Numbered from the stretch's first letter, positions 1 to 13,539 are shown. The stretch is 64,000 nt of DNA from Octopus vulgaris (GCA_951406725.2 OX597819.1:100502001-100566000), one strand, 5' to 3'. Notes: generated by a model not told the origin, from the letters alone. Numbers and translations are program-made.

Positions 1-47
<47 letters not shown>

Positions 48-124
48 CAGACAAACACACGGACAGATAGACCATCAGACAGATCGATCGATAGATAGAA
101 ATAGATAGATAAACAGGCAGAGAG

Positions 125-173
<49 letters not shown>

Positions 174-969
174 AATATTGTGAGTGTGTGTGTGTGTGTG
201 TTTGTTTGTACGAAAGGAGTTTGTTATCTGCACAAAAGAATTATTCACAGATTACAGATCGCAGATAAATCACAATTGCGTTAAATCAATGCAGAAACTA
301 TAAGAAAAGCAAATATGAAGTGACATTAAATTTATAAATAGCTAAAACATATATTTAGTGTCACATATTTGAGAAAGTAGGAACACATGACAATGTCAAT
401 ACTATTTGAAATCTTTATCTAAATTTTCTACAGTTGTTTCACTGACTTCAATGTATGCAATCGCTTAGTGATTAATAACAAGTTATATAACATAATTATT
501 GATAATCAAAAATGATTATAATATAACTTGCTTACTAATAATTAGCAATTATTAATATTGTTAAATAATTTGAATAAATTTAAAAGGTTGTAGCAGTTAC
601 GTGACATAAATGAATAGATAGATTGAAAGGTAGACAGAAAACACATATGAGTGTCAAAAATATAAAATCAGAGAATCGATATGATCATAAGTTAAAATGT
701 ACATAAGGTCAGGAGATTATCGAACAACGTAACTCCTGTATACTGACAACCAGAATAACACAAACGTATGCGATATGCATACCTACATACATACATACAT
801 ACACACATACATACATACATACATACATACATACATACATACATACGTACACATATATCTATGTATGTATAAATGTACGTATGGATAGAAGGATGGTTGT
901 GCGTATGCATGTATGTATGTATATATATATATATATATTTATATATATCTGTGTGTGTGTGTATTGTTA

Positions 970-1238
970 GGCGTGTGGCGTATTGATCAGACTGTAGCAC
1001 TCGTGATCGCTAGATCGTAGGTTCGATTCCCAGGCCGGGCGATGCGTTATATTTTTGAGAAAAAATAAACACTTCATTTGACGTTGGTCCTATCTTATTT
1101 CGAACAGGGTGAAATGTTATTCCATTCACCTAGCCAGAGGTGTGGAGCGCTTTTCGATGGCTAGAACGATGCAAAGCGTATTGTGACCAACATGTGTAAC
1201 ATCCGATAATCTAATCGGTCACGTGATCACGTGATATA
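970..1238 (+). mobile_element. tRNA-derived SINE (diverged)
   Basis: A-box-like TGGCGTATTGAT, B box GGTTCGATTCC at 1020-1030; the 3' part (…TTGTGACCA…CGGTCACG) recurs inverted at ~42836-42900. Confidence 0.7.
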
Positions 1239-1349
1239 TTGTTATATTTGGGATTGGTCATTTATCTTCGCAAATTAACCACACACACTATATACTCATT
1301 CTTCCCTTCGGCTTCATTATTATTATTATTCGTTTAGAGTTCTTTGTCT

Positions 1350-1389
1350 GAATTCTTTCGTCACACATCCTGTGACTTCTTCAATGACA
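1350..1389 (-). ncRNA. Hammerhead-ribozyme-like motif (degenerate type I)
   Basis: Minus strand reads TGTCA TTGAAGA A GTCACA-GGATG-TGTGAC GAAA GAATTC: 6-bp stem II between the two core boxes, C3->T. Confidence 0.5.
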
Positions 1390-1471
1390 CTCCATCCCAA
1401 ATGCCTCCTCTTGTTGTGTATGTATGTATGATGTATGTATACATACATACACACACACACACATACACACA

Positions 1472-1559
<88 letters not shown>

Positions 1560-2005
1560 GAATTAAAAAAAAAACGTGGTAAAAACACAGCATGAAAAAA
1601 CAACAGCGATAATATTATATATATACAACAATATATGTATATATACATAAGTAGGCTATGCAGAATTTAAACCAAACACATTAACCATACTCATGTCAAC
1701 CGTGAGAGAATGTCCTGTAGATCAATCAAGAAAAATGTGAGAAAGAAACATAAATAAACTTATTGAGACAGGAAAATCAAAAGAATATTGGTGAGATTTA
1801 AGAATGAATAAAAACAGAAAACAAATTAATACATAAGTGATGTGATATTACGTTAATGTATTTGTTTTGTAAGATTCCTGATAAGAAATCGCGTGTTGAA
1901 ACACATATTGTTATACTTAGGGATGTCATTGTGTTTCTTTTTTTCCAAATAAACACTCGTTCTTCACTTCGGCTTCATTATTGCTCTCATTTTAGTGTTC
2001 TTTGT

Positions 2006-2044
2006 CTGAAATCTTTCGTTTCGCAACTTGCGTCCTCTTCAGTG
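2006..2044 (-). ncRNA. Hammerhead-ribozyme-like motif, paralogue of the 1350-1389 motif
   Basis: Minus strand CA CTGAAGA G GACGCAAGTTGCGAAAC GAAA GATTTCAG; flanks align with 1250-1400. Confidence 0.4.
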
Positions 2045-2217
2045 GCTCTCCATCTCACGTATCCCCCCCTGTCCTGTTTAGTTCATTCTGTCTTTCTATG
2101 GTGTTTAGCCTTACCTGCTCATACGTTTCCATCTGTATCTGTGTCGGTGGGTATGTGAATATATGCATTTGTCTCTTTGTATGTCTGTCTGTCTGTCTCT
2201 CTCAACCTTTCCCACTG

Positions 2218-2295
<78 letters not shown>

Positions 2296-2300
<5 letters not shown>

Positions 2301-2660
2301 AATGTAACATGTGACAATTATTCGGTAGCCATGATAAAACACCGAGTGTCAGATACCGAGGTGGAAATCCATGCCGCCATCTCTTTAGTCATCCGGCCAT
2401 CGGAAAGATGCTATGTTATTCCGATGGCCGGATAACTGAAGAGATGGCGGCATGGATTTCCACCTCGGTATCTGACACTCGGAGTTTCACCATCGCTACC
2501 GAATAATTGTCACATATTACATTTACATGCAATATGTTTTATCATGGTTACTGATATATAAACGGTCATATATTACATCTACAAATAAATTCCTCTATTT
2601 ACATAATAACAGGGTCTCTTTCATTCTTTTGTTGCCGTACCATTTTTCCATTTTTATCAA
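2296..2660. mobile_element. Inverted-duplication (hairpin) element in (TA)n, Penelope pLTR-like, with two divergent HHR-like motifs
   Basis: Arms 2296-2405 and 2419-2528 (110 bp, about 7 mismatches, 13-nt spacer); right side extends to ~2660; (TA)n on both flanks; HHR-like motifs at 2333-2393(-) and 2431-2491(+). Confidence 0.65.
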
Positions 2661-2798
2661 TATATATATATATCTTTAGAGAGAGAGAGAGAGAGAAGGA
2701 GATAGATAGATATATGTATATATATATATATATATACATACACACTTATACACACACAAACATACACTCACACATATATATATATATATATATATATA

Positions 2799-2953
2799 CG
2801 ACAGGCTTCTCACAGTTTCCGCCTACCGAATCCACTCACAAAGCTTTCGTCTGCCCGAGGCTATAGTAGAAGACATTCGCGCAAGGTGTCACGCAGTGGG
2901 ACTGAACCCATAAGCATGGGGTCGGTAAGCATGCTACTTACCACACAACCATG
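2799..2953 (-). mobile_element. tRNA-derived SINE, 5' half (CORE-like family)
   Basis: Minus strand GGGTTCAGTCCCACTGCGTGACACCTTG…; same family as 58648-59046. Confidence 0.8.
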
Positions 2954-3088
2954 TATATATGTATATACATATATATCTGTATGTATATATATATGTATAC
3001 ATATATGTGTATATACATATATATGTATAAGCATATATGCACGTATGTATATATGAGAGTATATATGCGTATGAGTATACGATAAGTA

Positions 3089-3135
3089 AATGTACTGTTG
3101 CATTGAGTACAATGTACTGTTGCATTGAGTACAAT
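3089..3135. repeat. 22-bp tandem duplication
   Basis: AATGTACTGTTGCATTGAGTAC x2. Confidence 0.85.
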
Positions 3136-4728
3136 TTTAGAATACCCACACACATATTCATATACATGTGCGTTAACGTACATATTTTGAGGTGTGCTTG
3201 TTTGATATATAAATATTCATGTAGCTGTAACTATACCCTCTTTCACTCATAGAAACATATTATATTAATATGAAATGTGAGTGTGCATGCTTCCGGTGTA
3301 TGTGTTTGGGTCTATAAATCTATTTTAATGAGATCCAAGTTATTTTTTTCTTGTCTTTTTCAGTGAAAAATATAAGAAATGTATTTAAATATGAGATTAC
3401 GAATTGAATTCTGTACCGCTTAGTTAGCTGTAGCTTTTCACAACAACACTCTGGTTTGGCGCTGTGGTGCCATCAGTTAAATCTTACTAGTCGTTAGGCA
3501 GAGGTTATTAATATGAGCATATCATTTTTTATGCTCAAGAAGATAAAAATTTGTAAATATGTATCTCTGAGGTATATTATATATAATATTGTATGATATT
3601 TATGATATTGTAGTACATACATAAGTATAACTTGAAGAAATCAATGGTTTTTCAGCAAAGATTTTAGCGAGTAATGGTACTCTGATTTCTAGACTTTTTT
3701 CGGTTTCTTATTCTATATGATGTTTTCTAGTGTTGTGTGTGAATTGAATCCATGCCAGGTCATTCAGGATTTTTCCGCCACCCGACTAAGTTCGTTGGAT
3801 AGCTAAAAAGCTCTTTCTGTTGTATCTCTTATATGTATCTTCTTTTTTCTTCTGTTTTATGTAGCTGTAAGACTTCGTATTGTTATATATTCATAATTCT
3901 TTGTCTGTTGTATTTATATAATGTCTTGTTTCTTTCTATCTTAATATACATTTGCTACTGTTTTTCCGAGAATGTTAATGCTCTGGTGCCTCCAAAATTT
4001 TGTGGTCTCAATGGTAAATGGCGCGAAGCCACTACAATATTGACTAACGAAGAAATGAGCTACGAATATTCCGTGTATCGTGTTTCTGCTTAAATGTCCC
4101 GCCCGTTAAGTTTTCTTCTAATTTTCCGTTTCCACTGCTTTCATCTAACTTTTTCTCCTTGTTTTCTGTATGATTAACTTTTGATACATACATACATACA
4201 TACATACATACATACGTATGCATGTGTATGTGTACATGTGTGTGTGAGTGTGTGATTAGAATCCCCGTATCTCCTTATAGATATATCGCAATATATCTAC
4301 ATCAAATACCATAAGCAGGTATTTTCATTTGATACTGTTTCTGTTGCATATGGTGATACATTTATACACACATACATACATACGCATACACATAAACAAA
4401 CACATACATGTATATATATTATCTTGCCTTTGCTCTCGGGGATGGGTGTCTCTCAGTATAGCCCATCGCTCGAAGGTCTTAGGCTGTCTTTTATGTGTTC
4501 CAGTTTAGGATTATTTCCACGTCCGCTGATTGTTTGTCACAATTATGTGTATCACAATTGCATCCAATAATCCATTAAAAAAATATTCTCCTGAGAAGCG
4601 AGATGGTTTCTTTATATCTTTTACTGATGGATCACAGATTCCAGTCAGCGAATCACGTGCACATTTTTGCTATCTCAATTATATACACATAGCTTATGTT
4701 ATATGATGTGTATATATATATATATATT

Positions 4729-4967
4729 TTAATTGTTATCGCCATATTAATATGGTATTCTTATAGATATAAGAATAATCGCTGCCGCTGGTCAGCTCCA
4801 TGAGGCCACCGCCTTAAGATAGCTATTGATACACGATCTGTATCCATTATGGATACAGATCTTGTATCAATAGCTATCTTAAGGCGGTGGCCTCATGGAG
4901 CTGACCAGCGGCAGCGATTATTCTTATATCTATAAGAATACCATATTAATATGGCGATAACAATTAA
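4729..4967. repeat. Near-perfect 239-bp palindrome in (TA)n
   Basis: 119-bp arms around a single T at 4848; one mismatch seen (4834/4862); right arm continues to ~5028 before (TA)n. Confidence 0.95.
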
Positions 4968-5025
4968 CTTCCAGTAAACGCTGTCGTAATCTCTTTTATA
5001 GAGACTTAGTAATTTTAAATATTTC

Positions 5026-5088
<63 letters not shown>

Positions 5089-6380
5089 GGGGGGGCGTTC
5101 GTGTGTCTATTTGTGCGTGTGGGTATTCTTTCCCTCTTTTACTCTTTTAATTGTTTCAGTCATTTACCTATATTCGTTCTTAGGCTGATTGTATACAGGT
5201 ATATTTGCAAATGCGAATAAGAACACTTATACACAAACATGCTTACATAAACACATGCACCCACCCACACATATGTATGTATTAACATATTAGAACATAT
5301 ATATGCATTTTTCACATCAATGATTATTACCTTAATTCATATATTTAATTTTTATCGTTACACGAACTCGGTGGCCTCCCATATAAAATCATTAAGGTTT
5401 GCTACTTCAATTATTTCATGCCAGGTACAATCAAAATTGTTTTTGAATTTCAAGCTTTAATTAACAGTTCAAACAAAGTACTTTCGGGAAGTGTTTATTC
5501 CTCAAAATATATTCTATCACGTTCTATTATGTGTTTCCATCGTCATGTCATCTGAGTCTGAAGTGGCTTAAGTTACACAATGTCAAACTGATTTAATGCC
5601 ACATTCAAATTGTTAGGTTACTTTAGTGGATTCGGTCCTACTTCAAGTATTCGGCCCATGCCTCGTATTAGAGACTACCTAACATTTACTTTCACCTCTC
5701 CAGAAGACTACTAACAATACTTTACACGCTACCTGTCCTATTTTGGTATCTGCTTAGAGAAAAATAATCTCATACAAATACATGAATTATCGAAGGATAT
5801 GTTTTGAATACAACTTGAAGCGTTAGATATTCCTACTTTTCTTTTGAGACGATCTCTAAGCTGTAAAACGAAATTATTTTTAAAATAATAGAAGTGACGA
5901 TTACTTTTCATCTATAAAGGAATCATTCACATTCATTGGCTCATAACATGAAGGATACTAGTACATACTTTACTAATAAATTATCAAGTAACAGACATCT
6001 ACAGATAGATTTCCACAGCTAATATTATATATTTCTACCTAAAACTCAGTTTTAATTTAAAACATAATAATTGGACTAAGATTTTACCCATTTGTCTCCT
6101 GCAGCAGTCATACTTTCGAATTATTTGTAGATTTTACATCTCTCTCCACATATGTTTCAAAAACATTTCAACTGAATTTACACGTTGACTCCACAGTATT
6201 TCATCACCATTTCCTACAGCACATGTAGATTGTCCTGGCAACACTTTTAGCCATTTATAACACTTTGTTTCCATTTGGGAGAAAGAGACATCTTTTGTTG
6301 GTTTACTTCCCATATATTCTCGTACTGTAACGAATGTAATTTACATTATGTCTTTGGCAAGCAAATTCAGCATAATGGCG

Positions 6381-6495
6381 GCGGTAGTAGTAATTGTGTT
6401 TCTAGTTGTAGTGGTGGTGGTGGTGGTAGTAGTAGTAGTAGTAGTATTAGTATTATTATTATTATTATTAGTAGTAGTAGTAGTAGTAGTAGTAG
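6381..6495. repeat. Compound trinucleotide microsatellite (GGT/AGT/ATT)
   Basis: Direct inspection. Confidence 0.85.
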
Positions 6496-7172
6496 AAGAG
6501 GCCCGTCGATTATTATTTCTAATATTTGCCAATATATTTAAAGGCAATAAGCATAACAATATATAAGGATAAATGTTCGTCGAGCATGAATTTATTTGTA
6601 AATTTCGAAATCTGATTCATCACACAAAAACCATCACATAACTATGAAATGTTTTTCTTCAGTCGTGATATGAAGTTGCTTTATATGTCCCCTATTCACA
6701 AACTTTCAATCAATATTACAGAATTTCATGATTCTCATTGAAAATCACTGAGGGTGAATTCAGTGATCGATTCTGTTCAGTTTTCCCAAAAGATGTAGAA
6801 GTGTGTCTGGCTTCGTTTAAAGACAAAGTATCGTATCTTCTCGAACAATTAGCGAGGTGGACAGTTGATTCGTTTATTTAATAGTTTGGAAATTGGTAGC
6901 GTGAAATGTGACTTAAAAAATCTTAAATTATGGTGTTGAATAATTTTTGTTCATTTATACTCAGAAATGTTCTACACAACATAAATACATGCCTATATTA
7001 TATGAAAATGATAGATATAAGTTTTGTATAAGTGTGCATCATGTCGCCATTACATTTGCTTTCCGACACACATATATCTTTGGTTGATTTGTAGTCAAAC
7101 AAATAAAGATAGATACACATTTACGAATCTGCCTACATCTAAATACAAACGTGTGTTCATATGTTTACACGA

Positions 7173-7218
<46 letters not shown>

Positions 7219-7323
7219 AGATACATACACACTCAGGCACACACACACACACTCATATATTCGTGTGTGCCAATGCATTTACGTATGCATGTATAAATAC
7301 GCATGCAACCACACCTAGCATTG

Positions 7324-7367
<44 letters not shown>

Positions 7368-8418
7368 ACAGACATATATATTATATATACATATATGTGT
7401 GTATATGTATATATGTGTACATATATATATATATGTATGTGTATACAAATTTATATATGAATTCTCGTGCCTTTGTGTTTGTATTCTTGAATCAATATAT
7501 ATCATCGTATCAGTATAAAACTATAAAATTGGATAATTAATCTATAAATAACGATAGCTACTAATTAAGTGAGAGTATTTAACCAAAACTTTTCTTTGGT
7601 TCTAAAATCTCGTTAAATTCATTTCAATAGAGAACAATCAAGAAACGAACAATTAATCAACATGACCGTGCCAGGATTTTCTCTCATTTATTTTTTTTTT
7701 TGTCAGTTTCTTTCTTCTGCGTCAATGAGTTGAAATTAGAGAACGAAAGTTTAAGGTTATTATTTATTATATTTTTTTTAACTACCGTAAAACTATTAAT
7801 TAAAGCCAGTTTAAAATTTCGTTTTGAATCTGACATTGAAAGCGGTACTAATTCAGTTTGTAATCCTTGCAACATTATGTTTAATAAGTTAAACTTACCG
7901 GACAAATACGAAATTAGCTATATCGAACCTGGAAAATATATCGACGCATGCAAACATTCCAGGTGGATGAACTCAAGTTGATAAATTTCAAAGAAGCCGA
8001 TTAGTATTAATTTCAGCGTAGTTTCTGAAATAAGAATCCCTGTACATACATCAGTATTACGCACGCACACACACACACATACTTATACAAACATGTAACT
8101 ATGTGTGTGCATGTATGTTATGTGTGTATGTGCTGGCGTATCTCTATTCATATAGGAATATTATATAAATATATATTATATATAAATGAATATATGTGTA
8201 TATATTACACATATATATACACACGCGTGTATATTTGTGGATGTGAATGTCCTGTATCCCATGTGTGCTTTGGTATTTCTCTTTGCATGCATTTCTTTCT
8301 TTCTCACAATGTTCGTATGTATGAAATATACTTATTAATATAATTATGAGTCAATTTACTGACTTAGCTTCATGACCAAATTTCCTGCTAAACATTGCAT
8401 ACTAGAATTTATAATCTA

Positions 8419-8807
8419 TCCTTTGTGTGAAAAGTCTGGCTGCATACACGTTAGCATATGTCAGGCGCATACAATTGACAACACAGTTAATTAAGATTTA
8501 TTCAGTGAGTTCTATTCAACACATGTTTACACGTGGAATCCATTAGATGAAGGCATTTTCAAAGTTTTGGCCGGTAAAGTTGAACTCAAAAACCCTATAA
8601 CGAAGCATGAATTGCACGAAGCCGTCTTGCAGTCTTGGAAAGAGCTATCTGAGCGGAAAATTCGTGGATGTATTCAACATCAAACTCGTGTTCGGCGTCA
8701 AATAGTTGACGGTCGTGGTGGTAACAGATTTGTGTAATAAATTTTGTGTTTATTTTTGTTTCATAATTATGTTTTTTCGGATGCAGCCAGACTTTTCATA
8801 AAAAGTA
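8419..8807 (+). mobile_element. Internally deleted Tc1/mariner-superfamily element
   Basis: TIRs TGAAAAGTCTGGCTGCAT / ATGCAGCCAGACTTTTCA with TA flanks; 8537-8737 translates to NPLDEGIFKVLAGKVELKNPITKHELHEAVLQSWKELSERKIRGCIQHQTRVRRQIVDGRGGNRFV*, a transposase C-terminus. Confidence 0.85.
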
Positions 8808-10286
8808 TATAATATTATAGCTTCATTTACCAGCTTTTCTCTTTCTTTGCCTTAAACTTTCTACGTTGCAAGATATATAACGTAATTTTTTCTATTAGTT
8901 AATCAATAGCACCCAATAAATATAGTTCAAAAATGTAAACTTATTAAAGACGTTGTTGATTTCGAAACGTGTCCTGGAATATTTTGTTTCACTGCATTTT
9001 AACAATATCACTAATTCCGCTGGATAGCTGAATGACACAAAATATTCCATAACTTTTTGTGCTCTCTTCCAAATCGTTCCCAGATTTGTTTTGCTGACAT
9101 ATCGAGCGCATATTTAATTTAATAAGGTTCATTGGGATTCATTTTGCTCAAATATTATATTGTTGTTTCAAAGACTTTTATAGAAATTAGTATTTTAATG
9201 GCAATTATAAGCAGATGATCGTATACATAATTTCTTCAAGAGGCTACAGCTTTTAAGATTAAGGGATAGTTATTTTGGTCATTTTTTTTTTCTATTTCAA
9301 TTAATTTTTGAGTTCTTGGCTTTGGAAATGATGCCATGGGAAATTTGGTGAGTAAACGCAGGCAATATTTCTTTTCATACTAGCATCATTCTCCAGATTA
9401 CAGAAAATATACCCATGAATAAAGACGTTGATATACACACATAAATAATTGTATGATCACGGATACACGCACATAGAGACATTCACAAACATGATATTAA
9501 AAAAAATCATATAACAGTACGTTATACATAGTATCAGCGATAGAATAGCTCGCTCGTCTCACTGCATTACTTTTGTTGTTGTTAGTTTAAATAGTTTACT
9601 CCATTTTCAACCTTAGTTTCACCAAACGAATTAAATGCGCAATTCGTCCAACAAACGCGGTCAGAGATAAATCTAAGGATATCTGTAACGATTCGTTTGT
9701 CTTGCAACATAATTTAATGCAATACGTATTTTAAAAATAAAATAAAATAAAATAAAATAAAATACCAGATTTGGTATTAATAATATTAATTCAATAACAA
9801 ACAGAAGCCATTTTAGTGAAAAACAGGAATTGAGTATCATTTTCGGACGTGACAAAAGCTGATAGTCAACAAATGTTAACATTACGATGTAATATATCAA
9901 TAGCAACATACTTTATTGATCGATGATAAACTACAAATGATTAATGGTTATATGCTTGTTTACTATTATATTTGAAATGCTTAATATATATTTATTTTCT
10001 TATTTTTGTGACCATATTGTCTATTCTGTTATTACTGATGGCTGTTGTTGGTATTGATTTCTTCCCATTCAAATAGCTCGCTGAGTATATATATATATAT
10101 GTGTATGTGTGTGTGTGCGTGCGTGCGTGTGTGTGTATATGTGTGTGCGTGTGTGTGTATGTATATATATTGTATATATATACACACATATATGTATATA
10201 TGTATGTATAACTTTACATGTATATGTGTATCTATGTATATGCAACAAAAATCATTAATATAAATATATGTATATTCATATGCATG

Positions 10287-10335
<49 letters not shown>

Positions 10336-10429
10336 CTATCTATATACATTTACATATATAGGCACAGATATGTATATATACATATACATACATGGCTGAG
10401 TAGTAAGAAGCTTCCGGGTTCAGTCCCAA

Positions 10430-10836
10430 ATCGATCTTCTGAACTGCGTTCCAACGAATTTTTCCACCGTCTAGGCTTAAAAAAGCCCTCAATATTTGTT
10501 TCCTTGTCCTGTTTTTATTCTTTATGTGTACTGTATTTTTATTTGTATTGCTTTTACGTCCTGTTCTTGTCACATTTTCTTCTTTTTTTACCCCACTGCA
10601 AAAGAATTTTATTTAATTCATTTTGCAGGAAGCATCGCTTCGGCCGGATCGTGTTCTGCCCTAACCTTCGAAACACGCATTGAATCGAATCAGGGGCAGC
10701 TGATGAAGGGGAATATTCCTTGTATTGTTTGTCTTGTACTCTGTTTTTTCGTTGTTAGAACAAGTCCGTTTCCATGTTTGTTTTTATTTTTTCGTTTCTC
10801 GTTGTGTTCTACGTTTATTTGTGGTGTCCTGTACTC
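10430..10836 (+). mobile_element. Interspersed repeat ending in (TA)n, probably Penelope-like 3' end; contains GAAAC…CTGATGA boxes
   Basis: Aligns in inverted orientation with 11683-12030 (TTTGC.GGA.GCA…CTGATGAAG…GTCCTGT). Confidence 0.5.
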
Positions 10837-10923
10837 ATATATATATATGTATGTATATATACATATAGATGTAGGTATGTACATATATGTATGTATGCAT
10901 ATGTTTTATTGTTAAATTGTTAG

Positions 10924-10954
<31 letters not shown>

Positions 10955-11078
10955 CTTTATGTTTTTTGAGTTTCTGTGGTGAAATTGTTCTACTAAAACC
11001 TTTTAAGGAGGTGCACCAGTATGGCCTCACTGAAATGGCTGAAACAAGAGAATAAAAGAATAACAGAATATAAGTATA

Positions 11079-11116
<38 letters not shown>

Positions 11117-11189
11117 TACACATACATATACGTATGTGTATGTGTGTGCGTGTTTGTGAGTGCATATATACATTCTTCAATGTGTGCAT

Positions 11190-11360
11190 GATTCAGTATT
11201 TGGAGTGCAATTATGCTAGGCACCACTTTAAAGGGTTTTAGTCGATTAGTACTTTAGTACTTTACATCTTGAGCTTGGTACTTATGCCATCGGTCACTGT
11301 GCGGAACGGCCAGTTTATCGGGACGTAAACGAAATCGACACCGGTTGTCAAACGATATTC
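11190..11360 (-). mobile_element. SINE 3' portion (diverged)
   Basis: …GGTACTTAT…ATCGGTC…GGGACGTAAAC…GGTTGTCAA matches the 3' half of the copies at 12434-12865 and 58648-59046. Confidence 0.6.
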
Positions 11361-11424
11361 AAAGATATACACAAATTGACGCACATAGATAAATACATGT
11401 ATGTGTGCGTATATATATATATAT

Positions 11425-11486
<62 letters not shown>

Positions 11487-11545
11487 GAATATGCATATCT
11501 ATCTATCTCTCTATCTATCTATCTGCTCCTCTCTCTCTGTCTGTT

Positions 11546-11616
<71 letters not shown>

Positions 11617-11682
11617 TAATATATATATGCATGTATACATATGTATATGTACATACATCTATTCGTGTATATATATGCATAT

Positions 11683-12030
11683 GTGGGCACAGGACGTCAT
11701 GAAACGTGTACAAAAAAATACGAAGTACGAGTACGTAGAATACGAACGAAGGACACAAATGGAAAACAAGAGAACAACATATAAAATGACACTTCATCAG
11801 TCGTTGACTGTTTTTCTACTCACGTATTTGGAGCATTTAACAACAATATACGCTTTCGATGAAACAGTTGCTCCCGCAAAGCAAATTAAATGAAAGTCGG
11901 AATTTTGTTGAAGATCAAAATTGGTAACACAAACAGGACAGTGAAAACAAAAAGGAAGGGCTGCTAAACCTAAGCAAGGTTATGGTGGCGAACGCGTAAA
12001 TCTAGATTGGACAGGAGACAGACAAGGGCA
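11683..12030 (-). mobile_element. Second, inverted copy of the 10430-10836 family
   Basis: Minus strand …TTTGCGGGAGCAACTGTTTC…ACGACTGATGAAGTG…GACGTCCTGTGCCC followed by (TA)-rich tract. Confidence 0.5.
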
Positions 12031-12433
12031 CATCTTCCTTGTTCCAGTGACAACGGAGAGAAAGAAACACAAGTTAGGAGAGAAAAAAGGCCGATGGTCA
12101 CGTGGGAGCCACGTGAGCAAGGGATTAGGGGTGAAGGAGAGAGAGTGACAGTGTAATAGGATAGAATAGTGGGAGAAGAGGAGGTAAAAGAATAAGAGAG
12201 AGAAAGACAGAAAAATGAAAGAGTAAAAAGATCGTATAGAATGCCAGTCAGAATTATTGGAATAAAACTTACTTGGAAGAGGATGCATGGTGTTCAATCA
12301 TATAGTTAGAATAAATAATATATATATATGTATACATACGTATATGTACATACTTACATCTATACGTATATGAAATACATATTGCAGTGCTATTCTTACC
12401 GTAATTGTTCTTTCATTCTTTTATTATTCTCCC

Positions 12434-12865
12434 TTTTCAGTCATTTCACTGCGGCCATGCTGGAGTACCGCCTTCAATGGTTTTAGTCAAACAAATCGAA
12501 CCGAGGACTTATTTTTTAAGCCCAGTAATTATTCTATCGGGGTGTTTTGACTAACTGCTTTGCTAGGGAGACGTAAAACCACAAACCCCAGTTATCAAGC
12601 GGTGATGAGTGTCCCAAAAAGATACACAAAGACACACACACATAAATATAATAGATATATACATATACACACACACTTACACTCACATATACATACATAT
12701 ATACGACGGTTTTTTTTTCAGTTCCCATCTACAACTCTACTCACAAGGCTTTGGTTAACCGAGGCTATAGTAGAAGACTCTTGCCGAAGGTGCCACGCAG
12801 TGGGATGAACCCAGTACTATGTGGCTAGGAAGCAAGATTGTTACCACACGGCCACGCCCGTGCCT
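12434..12865 (-). mobile_element. Full-length tRNA-derived SINE with internal CA/TA microsatellite
   Basis: Minus strand GGCACGGGCGTGGCCGTGTGGTAA…GGGTTCATCCCACTGCGTGGCACCTTCGGCAAG…CCAGCATGGCCGCAG. Confidence 0.85.
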
Positions 12866-13299
12866 ATAAAGACTTCCTTAATATCTTAAATGTGTGTGTG
12901 TGCGTGTGTGTGTGTATCGCTGACATGTTGTATGTAATGCCACCCTTACATCTGCTGTTATATATAATATCATTATATTTGTCATGTACAATTTATAATA
13001 AGTCTTTGTTCGACGTTACATATGTTGATATTCCAGACATTGTTACATAACTTTTATTGAAAAAAAGATAAAATCTCAACCTCTTTTCTATCTCTTGCAA
13101 TACATGGACCGGCCAACACTATTTTATGGGTATTTTTTATAGTAACTTATTCTATTTTTTTTATTTATGCTTTTATTTTTCGTCTCAAGATTTCAATTTA
13201 TTGAGTGGAGGTTACACTGTCGATCTCGGGTTGTTAATATTTGTCTTTAAGATTTAAATGGTCTTCTACCCTTGTTTCATACACACACACACACACACA

Positions 13300-13444
<145 letters not shown>

Positions 13445-13539
13445 GTGTGTTGTGTGTGTACGTATATATATATATGTGTGTTTGTTTGTGCGTCTGTATG
13501 TGTTCGTGTGTATTTGTAAGGATTAATTTCTGTTTTAGC

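Noticed and set aside
970-1040. tRNA gene
   Set aside because: It has A/B boxes but no cloverleaf and continues into a SINE body; the same applies to the other SINE heads.
4889-4920. CTCATGG A GCTG-AC-CAGC GGCA as an HHR inside the perfect palindrome
   Set aside because: Both core boxes have two mismatches; not supportable.
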